NCBI GenBank assembly: GCA_965277405.1 | Contig: OZ255726.1 | Location: 736,001 to 800,000, forward strand | Direction of reading: 5' to 3' | Source: Gammaproteobacteria bacterium | Lineage (GTDB): Bacteria > Pseudomonadota > Gammaproteobacteria > G965277405 | DNA: 64,000 nucleotides | Shown here: piece after piece, positions 32,337-44,480 of the stretch | How positions within the stretch are numbered: the stretch's first letter is position 1 | How the letters are laid out: every line of letters begins with the position of its first letter | Translations under genes and position numbers: made by a program | Notes under the pieces: model-generated | The model's input: the letters and a program-made list of their open reading frames with translations, nothing else | Databases searched by the model: none | What the model was told of the DNA's origin: nothing

Positions 32337-34775
32337 TTAGTTTTCTTTTTCAATTTCCCAACTCACCATTCTCATCTCGTTATACGTAAACTTATTCTCG
32401 ATTTTTCTTTTTAGGTCAGTAATGTTCTCATACTTGGTTTCTTTCATTATTTTTTTAAGGGCTATATATTTTTCTTTGGGAATCAAATCCGTAATGTTCA
32501 ACTCTCCTGAGGCTACAAATTTCATAAGATGGGTTTCTATAGTGCCAGTAACTAAGCCTCGCTCTCTAGAAATTTCAGCGACACTCAGTCCATTTTTAAA
32601 TAATTTATAAGATTCTTTGTCCGATTCCCCCTTTTTTGGAAGCAACTTTTTTTCAGGAGTATCTTCTTTTAGGGCAATCGCATTTTTTTCGCAATAGTCT
32701 TGTATAAGCTCAGTGATTTTAGCACCGTATTTTTGAACCCTCACTTTCCCCATACCATTTATAGCAGCTAGTTGCTTTGTTGTTGTAGGAAGTGTTTCGC
32801 ACATTTCACAAAGCGATTTTTGAGTAAAAACCTGATATAATTCCACATCATAATTAAGTGCGAATACAGCACGTAAGGCTCGTAATGCCTTAAATAATAC
32901 AGGCTGTTCTGAAGTTACCGCATATTCTTTTTTAACCTTTGTAAGGGTAGGCTTTTGTAGAATTGCCTTTGCTCGCAATTCTAAATACTTCTTAATGGTA
33001 AATCCGCTTTTTAACCCGTTAAAACAGTATAATTTGTTTCCCAATTGCTCGTCTAGGATTTTAAATTGCTTATGCATATCCTTGTCAACTGCCTTGTTTT
33101 CAGTAGAGAAATTAAATGCTTCTAAAGGGGTCTTAATATAATTTTCTGTATGTGTTATAAAATAATTTAGGGCTTTTAGTATACGTTCTTGAACAGCAGT
33201 ATCTCTTTCAGGCTCTAAAATATCTGTACTTAGTTCTTTTAATTGATTGCTAAAATTATTGGAGATTTTTAGTAGTTTAATAATGCCCTCATCTTTTATA
33301 GTGGTCAGTGGGTCAATAGCATTGCCTTGGATACTTGTTTTATTAGTGTAATAAATATCAATTAACCGTTTTACAGGGTAAAGAAAGCTATAATAATCAA
33401 ATAATTCTTTGATAAGACTCAATTGGTAACTCTTCTGCGATTCGTTTAATATTTCTGTATTTGGAGGATTGTCCTCAACATTTTTATTAAAAGAAGTAAC
33501 CCTAATATCATTAATAATACTTTGTTCGCTAAGGGGACTTTTTAATACAATGCCTTCCAGTGTTCTACATCTGCTCAATGCAACATAGGTCTGCCCATGG
33601 GCAAAGGATTCTTTGGTATCGATAATGGCCTTTTCAAAAGTTAACCCTTGACTTTTATGAATGGTTATCGCCCAAGCTAGTCGTAGCGGAATTTGGGAAA
33701 AAGAGCCCGTAATATTTTCAGAAATTTCTTTGGTTTCAGGGTTTATGGAATAACTTACATTTTCCCAAACCTCTGCCGTGCTTACAATATCTTCTTCATC
33801 ACTAGGGCAACGAACCGTTATCTCTTCATTATCTATATATACTATTTTACCGATTTTTCCGTTGAAATACCTTTTGTCAACAGAGCTATCGTTTTTAATA
33901 AACATTACTTGAGCCCCCTTTTTTAACTCTAATTTTTTATGAGTAGGAAAAGAATATTCAGGAAATTTCCCATTTACATCGGCTGTATAAAAGAAACTTT
34001 TTGTCTTAATTTTTTCAAGCTCTATACAATTCATTTCATCAGCCCTATGGTTATGTGTCGTTAGGGTAATATAGCCATCGTCCTCTTTTGGTGAAAAATT
34101 GGGTAAGTAACGCTTATTTAAGTCGGTTATCGATTTTTTTGTGAGGCTATTGTTCCGTATTTCGTTTAGGATGACAATAAATTTTTCGTTGTCCTGTCTG
34201 TAAATATGTTTTAATTCAATACTAATGGCTAGGCATTGTTGAAAGGCAGTACTGCTAAAGAAATAAGGCGTTTTATAATAGGGTTGTAACAATTCCCATT
34301 CGTTATCTTTTACAACAGGAGAAAGTTGTTGCAGATCGCCTATCATAAGTACTTGTACCCCACCAAAAACTTTGTTCCTGTCTTTATAACGCCTTAGAAC
34401 TTGGTCTATTCCGTCTAATAAATCGGCACGAACCATACTAATCTCATCGATGATCAATAAATCTAAAGAGCGGATAATATCGATTTTGGTTTTGTTAAAT
34501 TTATTTTTAAATGATGTTTTTGTATTCTGGGCTTGCACTCCATTTGGAAGTATTGGTCCAAAAGGCATTTGAAAAAAGGAATGTATAGTAACTCCTTTGG
34601 CATTAATTGCAGCGACACCAGTAGGAGCAACCACTACCAAACGCTTTAATGAATTGATTTTGATATTATGTAAAAATGTGGTTTTTCCGGTACCGGCCTT
34701 TCCTGTCAGAAAAATGGAGCGATCTGTTTTTTCAACAAAATTTGTGGCTAATTCTATCTCTGTATTTATATGCAT
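32337..34775 (-). CDS. PIF1/RecD-like helicase with HRDC and C-terminal HTH domains
   Basis: LTGKAGTGKTT, APTGVAA, IIDEISMVRAD, LAWAITIHKSQG, QTYVALSRC; HRDC-like ING.GKVR.QKYG; Flavobacteriaceae-like. Confidence 0.9.
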   Translation of the reverse strand: MHINTEIELATNFVEKTDRSIFLTGKAGTGKTTFLHNIKINSLKRLVVVAPTGVAAINAKGVTIHSFFQMPFGPILPNGVQAQNTKTSFKNKFNKTKIDIIRSLDLLIIDEISMVRADLLDGIDQVLRRYKDRNKVFGGVQVLMIGDLQQLSPVVKDNEWELLQPYYKTPYFFSSTAFQQCLAISIELKHIYRQDNEKFIVILNEIRNNSLTKKSITDLNKRYLPNFSPKEDDGYITLTTHNHRADEMNCIELEKIKTKSFFYTADVNGKFPEYSFPTHKKLELKKGAQVMFIKNDSSVDKRYFNGKIGKIVYIDNEEITVRCPSDEEDIVSTAEVWENVSYSINPETKEISENITGSFSQIPLRLAWAITIHKSQGLTFEKAIIDTKESFAHGQTYVALSRCRTLEGIVLKSPLSEQSIINDIRVTSFNKNVEDNPPNTEILNESQKSYQLSLIKELFDYYSFLYPVKRLIDIYYTNKTSIQGNAIDPLTTIKDEGIIKLLKISNNFSNQLKELSTDILEPERDTAVQERILKALNYFITHTENYIKTPLEAFNFSTENKAVDKDMHKQFKILDEQLGNKLYCFNGLKSGFTIKKYLELRAKAILQKPTLTKVKKEYAVTSEQPVLFKALRALRAVFALNYDVELYQVFTQKSLCEMCETLPTTTKQLAAINGMGKVRVQKYGAKITELIQDYCEKNAIALKEDTPEKKLLPKKGESDKESYKLFKNGLSVAEISRERGLVTGTIETHLMKFVASGELNITDLIPKEKYIALKKIMKETKYENITDLKRKIENKFTYNEMRMVSWEIEKEN

Positions 34776-34931
34776 TGTTTTTTTGTAAATTACTGATGTT
34801 TACCTTTCTCCCATCTGGAGCTACTAAGGGCATATCAGTTTTTTTAAGGTTGCCACCAAATTTACCAAATACTAGATTTAATTGCAAGTGCAAGAAATTG
34901 ATGTATTTTTGATAAAATTAAAAGAATTATT

Positions 34932-35186
34932 ATGACAGATAACATTAGTACGAAATGGTTAGAAAATATGACTTTCAAACGCAATAACCCTGCCGAATTG
35001 GATTTAACAATGAATATTTCTCCTGAAGATGGGGAGACGGAAATGGATACCGGCCTAAGTCATTAATGCTTGCAGCTCTTGCGGGTTGCTCTGCATTGGA
35101 TATTGCTGCGCTGATAAAAAAATGAAATTGGACATTTGTGACTTCCAGATAGAAACCATTGCGAACCTTACCGACGAACACCCTGA
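34932..35186 (+). pseudogene. OsmC-family gene 5' fragment, frameshifted and cut by IS
   Basis: MTDNISTKWLENMTF...RPKSLMLAALAGCSALD...IANLTDEHP; Bacteroidetes-type TATTTTTG -7 box at 34904-34911. Confidence 0.7.
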
Positions 35187-36385
35187 GGAAGTTCTGAAAA
35201 CCCCCAAAAATCATACTAATCTGCCATACTGCCCTAACTTTTTTTTGAGAATTGATATAAAGCAAATGACGTTTACAGATTTGGCATACGCACATAAGCA
35301 ATGCAAAACTCGTAGAGAAATATTTCTTGAGAAATCAGCAGCTGTTATTCCATGGCAGCAGTTAGATGAATTAGATGAAGTTGTCGCCAAACACTATACT
35401 AAAACTACGCAAAACAGGCGCTCGTCCATAATATCCGCTGCAAACGCTACTGCGTCTACACGTTATGCAAGTAGTGTATGACTTCAGCGATGTAACGATG
35501 GAGGATATATATTGTACGAAGTCGATTGAATGCGGCTGTTTGCTCGTTTAAACCTCGACAAAATACCCGACGAGACCACCATCTTGAATTTCAGCAGATT
35601 GCTGGAACAGTACCGCCTCTGTGAAAAAATATTCAGGCGAATCAGTCAACAACTCAATAACCATGGATTATTACTCCGCGCAGGCAAGCGTTGACGCATC
35701 AATCATCGACACCCCAACAACAACCTAAGAATAAACAGCAAGCCAGTGATCCGCAAATGCAGCAAACAAGGAAAGGTAACCAATGGTACTTTGGCATGAA
35801 AGTTCTTGTTGGTGTAGATGAAAGCTCTGGGATGATTGAAGCCCGCAACCACGGCGGGTAATGTCAACGATGTGACCCTGATAAACTCTGGCATGGCGAT
35901 GAACGACGTGTTTTGGCGATGCGGGTTTATGTAGCTGTGCAGCAACGATTTAAACATCAGCAACGGGCAATGTGGATGGTGAGTCAGCGTATCGGCAAGC
36001 AGCGTCAATTGAAAGCAGGGAGTGTCCAGCAGCAGCTTGAGAAATTGCCAGCCAGTGTCCGCGCCAAAGTTGAGCATGTATTCTTTTATATGAAACGCAT
36101 GTTTGGATATAGCAAAGTATGCTATACTATATATACAAGTTTAGCAAAGAATACCAACCGAACTATACATGCTTGCTGGACTTACAAATCTTGTGCCCAG
36201 TTACAAGTATTTGCCGCAACCACATGGTTAGTGCGTCCAAAACATTGGAAATTCAGCAAAAACGCATGAAAAACAATAAAAATTGAACAAAAATAGCTTT
36301 TTCATCTTTTCATCTTTTCACTTTATCGTTTTTGAGCATTACTGCGTCGAGAAAATCAAATGTAGTGAATTGTGCAGAGGTTTCC
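35187..36385 (+). mobile_element. Decayed IS5-family element (type B)
   Basis: Ends GGAAGTTCTGAAAA / TGTGCAGAGGTTTCC; KQMTF..TRREIFL, IPDETTILNF, KGNQWYFGMK, VRAKVEH fragments. Confidence 0.85.
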
Positions 36386-36686
36386 TAAAACATGAACTAA
36401 TCAAAGTTTTCCATAATAAAGAACTCATAGAATTAGGAAAAAATCATCCCATTTTTTTCCAAAAACATTCCTTTCCTAAAGGCTTGCCCAAAATTCATGA
36501 GTATAATGACAAGCGCCACCAAGCCTTTGGTGTTTTTGATAAAACAGATTAGTTTTACTTTTCACCTACGAGAGCGATTTAAGTGATGGATGGCAAGACA
36601 AAAAAGTAAATAAGGACTTCGCTGAAATTAGATTAAAAGCATTGCGTATGGCTGCGAATATTATATCTTACGTATTTAAAAATTAA
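36386..36686 (+). pseudogene. DUF4159-like protein 3' fragment
   Basis: HPIF..FPKGLPKIHE, YESDLSDGW, ALRMAANIISY; frameshifted; 5' end cut at the IS. Confidence 0.65.
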
Positions 36687-36690
36687 GAAT

Positions 36691-37779
36691 ATGACCTCAA
36701 AGACTATAGCAAATGGTATTTTAAAAGCAATAGGTATTTTAATAAGTGTCTTTTTAGGGTTATTTTTTTTATTTAAGATACAATCCGTCCTTATTTATTT
36801 GGCAATCGCTGTGGTTATAGCTCTCATAGGACGTCCTATAGTACTGTTTTTAAGAAGAAAATTAAAATTACCAAATATCTTGGCTGTAATAATAACAATG
36901 ATTCTGCTAATCGGGATATTAGTTGGCGTCATTGCTCTTTTTATACCTCTGTTGGTGCAACAAGGACATAATTTGTCATTGTTAAATATTGATGAGTTAC
37001 AAAATAATATAGAAAACATATACCGTCAGTTTATTAATTATTTCAAAATAAATTCCACGGATATTGAACAGAGAATTAAATATCCTAATTTTTTAAAATC
37101 CATAGATTTTGGATTTATCCCTAATTTCTTAAATTCGATTGTTAGTATTCTGGGTAGTTTAAGCATAGGTATTTTTTCTGTTCTCTTCATTACTTTTTTC
37201 TTCTTAAAAGACAGTAGCTTATTTGAAAGGGGCGTATTCGTTTTTATCCCTTCGGATAAAGAGGTTAGATTAAAAAAATCTATAGAAACGATTAAAAATT
37301 TACTTTCTAGATATTTTGTGGGGCTTGTATTTCAAATCCTTATATTGTTTGTAATATATACTGTTGCCCTATCTATTTTCGGAATAGAAAACTCGGTGGT
37401 AATAGCCTTCCTTTGCGCCTTGCTGAACCTAATCCCATATATTGGTCCCATCATTGGCGGAATCTTAATGTTAATCTTATCTATGACAAGTAATTTAGGA
37501 GCCGATTTCAGTACGGTAATACTACCTAAAACGTCTTATGTAATGATTGGTTTTGGTTTTGGGCAATTGGTCGATAATTTTTTCTCACAACCCTATATTT
37601 TTTCGAATAGTGTCAAATCTCACCCCCTCGAAATATTCCTTATTATAATTATCGGAGGACTTTTATTCGGTGTTACCGGACTGATTTTGGCCGTACCAGG
37701 ATATACCGCCATAAAAGTAATTTTAAAAGGCTTTTTTGCTGAGAATGAAATAGTAAAATCTTTGACCAAAAACTTATAA
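36691..37779 (+). CDS. AI-2E family (PerM-like) transporter
   Basis: NLIPYIGP, QLVDNFFSQPYIFS.SVKSHPLEIF; Flavobacteriaceae-like. Confidence 0.9.
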   Translation: MTSKTIANGILKAIGILISVFLGLFFLFKIQSVLIYLAIAVVIALIGRPIVLFLRRKLKLPNILAVIITMILLIGILVGVIALFIPLLVQQGHNLSLLNIDELQNNIENIYRQFINYFKINSTDIEQRIKYPNFLKSIDFGFIPNFLNSIVSILGSLSIGIFSVLFITFFFLKDSSLFERGVFVFIPSDKEVRLKKSIETIKNLLSRYFVGLVFQILILFVIYTVALSIFGIENSVVIAFLCALLNLIPYIGPIIGGILMLILSMTSNLGADFSTVILPKTSYVMIGFGFGQLVDNFFSQPYIFSNSVKSHPLEIFLIIIIGGLLFGVTGLILAVPGYTAIKVILKGFFAENEIVKSLTKNL

Positions 37780-37826
37780 CCAATACTCTAAACAAGGAAA
37801 TTTTGTTGTCTAAAACCTCATTCCAC

Positions 37827-38103
37827 TTATATAAAAGCCGAGTGTCCTGTAATATCCATTCCGGTTATTAGCAAATGAATATCGTGTGTACCTTCGTAGG
37901 TAATAACACTTTCAAGATTCATTATATGACGCATAATACTATATTCTCCAGAAATTCCAATAGCCCCCAATACTTGCCTAGCTTCACGGGCAATATTCAA
38001 GGCCATTTCTACATTGTTTCGTTTCGCCATAGAAATTTGGGTAGTAGTTGCTTTTCCTTCTTTTTTTAATTGTCCCAAACGTAGTGCCAATAGTTGTGCT
38101 TTT
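37827..38103 (-). pseudogene. Acyl-CoA (glutaryl-CoA-like) dehydrogenase 3' fragment
   Basis: [24 protein letters not shown]; cut at the IS TIR at 38104. Confidence 0.85.
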
Positions 38104-38198
38104 GGGACTGTTGCAAATAGAAGACAAATAATCTTATTGATTAGGTATATTGCTTATAGCCTGGTGTAAAATCATTAAACTCAACTACAACCTTATAT

Positions 38199-39222
38199 GG
38201 CTCTATTTGAATAAATTGTTGAAATATGATATGCTCCAAGTATCAATCACATCCACAATGCTCTAAATCATGAAGACCTCTGAATTTAATCAGTTAAAAC
38301 AAGCAGTTAATGGGCTTTCTCCAAAGCAAAAGGCTGACTTAGAACAGCATTTAATCAATCCAGAATCGCAACCTCAAGTGCTGAAATTACTTGAACAAGC
38401 GGTACATGGATGCCCTCATTGCCAACATGACAGTACCTATAAGTGGGGCACGTCAAAAGGACGTCAGCGGTATCGTTGTCGATCATGCTTAAAAACCTAT
38501 AATGCACTAACGGGTTCAGAATTGAATGGTCTGCATAAGCCTGAACTGTGGGAACAATACTGCCAAACGATGGTTGATTCAAAATCGCTGCGCATTGCTG
38601 CAAAGGAATGCGGCATCAACCTCACCACGGCATTCACATGGCGTCATAAATTTCTTAAATTGGCTGATTTACTTATGAGCAAGCAGCTTGAAGGCATTGT
38701 CGAAATAGATGAAACTTGGTTTAAATATTCTGAAAAAGGCAGTCGCTATTTAACCACTGGCAAGCCGCGAAAACGCGGTAATAGCAAAGCATCTACAGTG
38801 AAAGCTGTTATTGGCATCGATCGAAGTGGCAACATTGTCGATCAGGTTGTAGAGCACTTTACGCTGGATCAATTACAGGCAACCTTTGTACCTAAACTCG
38901 CCGACGATCTGGTTCTCTGTACCGACGGTCATATCAATTATGAGCATCTAGCCAAGCAGAAAAATATCAATCATGTCGTGTTAAATCAAAGCCTTGGTGA
39001 GCGGGTCAAAGACAAAGTTTTTCATATTCAAACGGTGAACGCTTACCACATGAGGCTCAAGCAATGGCTAGCCCCTTTTCATGGTGTTGCAACTAAAAAT
39101 CTTCATAAATATTGTGGATGGTTTCGTTGGTTTGAGCTTAATAAACGGGGAGATATATCCCCTGCCAGCTTCATGAGGGATATGCTGTATACAGCATTTC
39201 AACAAACTATCAGAACATAGCC
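38199..39222 (+). mobile_element. IS1595-family element, intact transposase 38270-39220
   Basis: CPHC..YRCRSC, EIDET, CTDG, HIQTVN, FHGVATK; TIRs GGCT..TTGTTGAAAT; (A)CCTTATAT duplication on both sides. Confidence 0.93.
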
Positions 39223-39241
39223 ACCTTATATTTTAAATATC

Positions 39242-40213
39242 ATGTATAAACAAGTAGAAATGATTACCCTAGCAGATCTAGTAGCCGCTGATCATATATA
39301 CCGCAAGTTCGCTCAATTAATAGATATTCGCCGCTTAGATAATAAATATTTAAAAACAGCACAAGGCTCTAGCAACTATAAAGGTTATGGTATAGAACTG
39401 TTATTTAAAGCACTACTGCTGCAACACTTAGAAAATTTAAGTGATAGAGAGCTTGAAAGTTACTTAACAGAAAATAACGCCGCTAAATGGTTTTGTAATG
39501 TAGCGTTAACCGCGCCTACGCCAGATCATACAGTATTTACAAGAGCTAGGGCGCGTATAGGTACGCACCAATTATCTAAGATATTTGCAGATGTTCGCGC
39601 TCAATTGCAACAACATGGGTACATGAATGAGGTATTTACTTGTATAGATGCCTCTCATTTAATAGCTAAAGCTAATTTGTGGGAAGAGAGAGATAGAGTA
39701 ATCCAGCAAAAGTACGCCAAACTTAATAATGAGGTTTTACCTAAAGTAGCTACAGACAAACAAGCCCGCATTGGCTGCAAAGGTAACGGTAAATTTTGGT
39801 ATGGCTATAAGAAACATATTAGTGTTGATATGCAGTCAGGCTTGATTAATAATAAAGTAGCGATAACACCAGCTAACGTAACAGACGGACAAGGTATTGG
39901 TCATGTTATTCCAACACAAGGAGCTATGTATGCAGATAAAGGTTATTGCAGCAAAGGAGCAAGACATGCAGCCGCTAAAAAGCGTTGCCATTTGGCAGCT
40001 ATAAAAAAGAACAATATGAAAGATAAAAACAAAGACCAAGATACATTCTTTAGCAAGCTGCGTTCTCCGTATGAAAGAGTATTTTCAAAAACCAATCATC
40101 GGGTTAGATATGTGGGAGTAGCAAAGAATCAGTTTGCGATATTTCTGGAGTCGCTAGCATTTAACCTGAAAAGACAGGTGGTGTTAGACGTAAAGTATGG
40201 TGGCGTTTTGTAG
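39242..40213 (+). CDS. IS5/IS1182-like DDE transposase, apparently intact
   Basis: LSDRELE, PDHTVF, IDASH, WYGYKKH, ADKGY, RSPYERVF. Confidence 0.9.
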   Translation: MYKQVEMITLADLVAADHIYRKFAQLIDIRRLDNKYLKTAQGSSNYKGYGIELLFKALLLQHLENLSDRELESYLTENNAAKWFCNVALTAPTPDHTVFTRARARIGTHQLSKIFADVRAQLQQHGYMNEVFTCIDASHLIAKANLWEERDRVIQQKYAKLNNEVLPKVATDKQARIGCKGNGKFWYGYKKHISVDMQSGLINNKVAITPANVTDGQGIGHVIPTQGAMYADKGYCSKGARHAAAKKRCHLAAIKKNNMKDKNKDQDTFFSKLRSPYERVFSKTNHRVRYVGVAKNQFAIFLESLAFNLKRQVVLDVKYGGVL

Positions 40214-40351
40214 GATAACTGCACCAAAAAACAGCTATTTGACTGAAAATACCAGTAAATATTGATTGTTAAACCTTGGATTGATAGAAAATTCTGTGTT
40301 TGTACAAAATTTTTAATTTTTATCAAGTTTTAACCTATTTGCAACAGACCC

Positions 40352-40657
40352 ACTTAAATTTTCTAAGTGTTGCAGTAGCAGTGCTTTAAATAACAGTTCT
40401 ATACCATATCCTTTATAGTTGCTAGAGCCTTGTGCTGTTTTTAAATATTTACTAACTAAGCGGCTAATATCTATTAATTGAGCGAACTTGCGGTATATAT
40501 GATCAGCGGCTACTAGATCTCCTAGGGCAATCATTTCTACTTGTCTATGCATGATATTTAAAATATAAGGTTGTAGTTGAGTTGAATGATTTTACACCAG
40601 GCTATAAGCAATATACCTAATCAATAAGATTATTTGCCTTCTATTTGCAACAGTCCC
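40352..40657 (-). pseudogene. Inverted 5' fragment of the same IS as 38104-40351
   Basis: Near-identical first ~67 codons plus left TIR; truncated exactly at the neighbour's right TIR. Confidence 0.9.
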
Positions 40658-40700
40658 ATTATGGCAGATTAACCAGTTTTTTGGGGGTTTTCAGAAATGC
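40658..40700 (-). mobile_element. Isolated IS5 type-B left end
   Basis: Reverse complement GGCATTTCTGAAAACCCCCAAAAAACTGGTTAATCTGCCATAAT matches 35187, 54451 and 63574 ends; CTAG flank. Confidence 0.7.
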
Positions 40701-40950
40701 CCTAGACCATGACCATTTCATGACCATTTGCTAGGCTGCCTTGCGGACCAGGTTCCGCCAACTTTTGCCAGTATGACCAATTGATTGCGCCTGCAATCTA
40801 ACATCGTCCGTCAAGCAACAAGTGTTATGTTTGTGTGTTTCCCCAGCGTTACAACACCATCTTTTGATCCGTAAACCTCAATATCCCGACTTGATAGGTC
40901 TAGTAGAAGCGTTAGCCCTAACTGGTCAAGTAGTTTGTTTAAATATTTGA

Positions 40951-41115
40951 TTATTTTTTTCGCATTTTATGCAACAATAATTTAATTTGTTCATATTCTT
41001 CTAGGCTCGTCCAAAGTGACCGCTTATTTCGAAGAAGCGACCGTTGTTTTATCGCAAATTTACGTTGTCTTTCTGCGGCACTTTGGGGTTGAGTATCGGG
41101 CGGGTTATCTGTCAT
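40951..41115 (-). CDS. Small basic hypothetical protein (54 aa)
   Basis: Manual translation MTDNPPDTQPQSAAERQRKFAIKQRSLLRNKRSLWTSLEEYEQIKLLLHKMRKK. Confidence 0.45.
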   Translation of the reverse strand: MTDNPPDTQPQSAAERQRKFAIKQRSLLRNKRSLWTSLEEYEQIKLLLHKMRKK

Positions 41116-41526
41116 TTTGAATATTTAGTTATAAATACAGGTGAGCATAACAAAACCGCCGAGGATTTATCTAGGCGGTTGAATTAATCTTGACTTTATT
41201 CAAAAGCTCTATATGTTTCTTTTAAATTACAGCTAACTGCTTTAACTTAGACTACTTCGTTGTGATTTGCTAAATCATAAAATTATAGTCGGTTAAACTA
41301 CCCTGATAATGTTTGTTATGATTGATGTGCTGATACAGCACCTACAAAATATAATACTCTCTGTCAGCATGCGACAACCCTTATTATTACCAAAACACAA
41401 GAATTGACACAGGATTTTGCATAGTGTAGAAGAGTTAGATAGCGTAGAAAAATTAGCTTGCGTATTGGGACCTTAGTATTCTCTACACATTATTATCCTG
41501 CAATGTTATGTTGCGCTTATCCATAG

Positions 41527-41820
41527 GGAAGCTCTGATTAACTCGCTGATGGAGCGAGTTTACCTGTAATTGCTGATGATTGCAAGGCGCAAACCGCTAA
41601 GCGCATGCCGTAGCATATACGCCAAGGGATGCAACACAGCAAGTACCGCTGCAGCAAACCCAAAGTATATTCAACACAACGACGGGAAAAAACGCTGCGC
41701 TAACGTCGTTGCAGCACTTGGCAGCACCCACAGGACCACCAGTATTATCTGCGCACTGCGCTTAAGTTTCATCAGCATTTTTTCTCCGTCTCGCCGATCA
41801 TGGAATTAATCAGAGGTTCC
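41527..41820 (+). mobile_element. ~300-bp MITE family, complete reference copy
   Basis: TIRs GGAAGCTCTGATTAA / TTAATCAGAGGTTCC with ATAG duplication on both sides. Confidence 0.92.
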
Positions 41821-41877
41821 ATAGGCTGCTTTCAGACCTTCAATTGAAGAATATCAACAAATTATAGAGCTATGCAG

Positions 41878-41902
41878 TTGAAATGCGACTATACAACCCT
41901 AT
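41878..41902 (+). promoter_or_regulatory. Sigma32 (RpoH)-type promoter of groESL
   Basis: TTGAAA-13 bp-CCCTAT upstream of groES; no CIRCE seen. Confidence 0.7.
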
Positions 41903-41992
41903 CGAAGTGACAAGTTTTGTTGTGGAGCGCGGTGATTCATTTGCCTTTAGCTCCATTTTTATCTAACATTTTTTACCAAAGGAGTAAAAAAT

Positions 41993-43940
<1,948 letters not shown>

Positions 43941-43966
43941 TAGAATATTGTAGTTCAAATTATCTA

Positions 43967-44000
43967 TAAAAGCCCGAAAGTTTACTTTCGGGCTTTTTTT
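43967..44000 (+). terminator. Rho-independent terminator
   Basis: AAAGCCCGAAAG-TTTA-CTTTCGGGCTTTTTTT. Confidence 0.9.
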
Positions 44001-44060
44001 ATCTAACCTGCTCTGTCAAGTGCTATATTATTGGTTCAGCAATATATTCTCCTAAGGATA

Positions 44061-44371
44061 GGAAGCTCTGATTAATTCCATGATGGGCGAAACGGAGAAA
44101 AAACGCTGATGAAAATTAAGCGAAGTGCGCAGATAATATAGGTGGTCTTGTGGGTGTTGCCAAGTACTGCAACGTCGTTAGCACAGCGTTTTTCCGTCCT
44201 TCTGTTGGAATATACTTTGGGTTTGCGGCAATTGCATACGCTTGCTGTGTTGCATCCCTTGTCGTATTGCTAGGTCATGCGCCAGCGGTTTGAGCCTTGC
44301 AATCATCAGCAATTGCAGGCAAACTCGCTTGCAGCCAAACTCACTCCATCATGGAGTTAATCAGAGTTTTC
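44061..44371 (-). mobile_element. ~300-bp MITE family copy
   Basis: TIRs GGAAGCTCTGATTAA / TTAATCAGAGTTTTC; inverted relative to 41527-41820. Confidence 0.88.
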
Positions 44372-44480
44372 ATAGGGCACTTCATCAATCAATTTTACAA
44401 TCAATTCGTGCTGTGCAGCCTTGCTCCCTAAAATAGGTATCTCACAATACATGTTTTATTTTAATCAATGCTAGATAAGT

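Larger units (their letters stand above)
38104..40351 (+). mobile_element. IS5/IS1182-like element with nested IS1595
   Basis: TIRs GGGACTGTTGCAAATAG / CTATTTGCAACAGACCC. Confidence 0.88.

Noticed and set aside
40725-40760. SRP-RNA-like motif on the minus strand (GGTCCGCAAGGCAGCC)
   Set aside because: Lacks the conserved CAGG/AGCA internal loop and the long flanking helix
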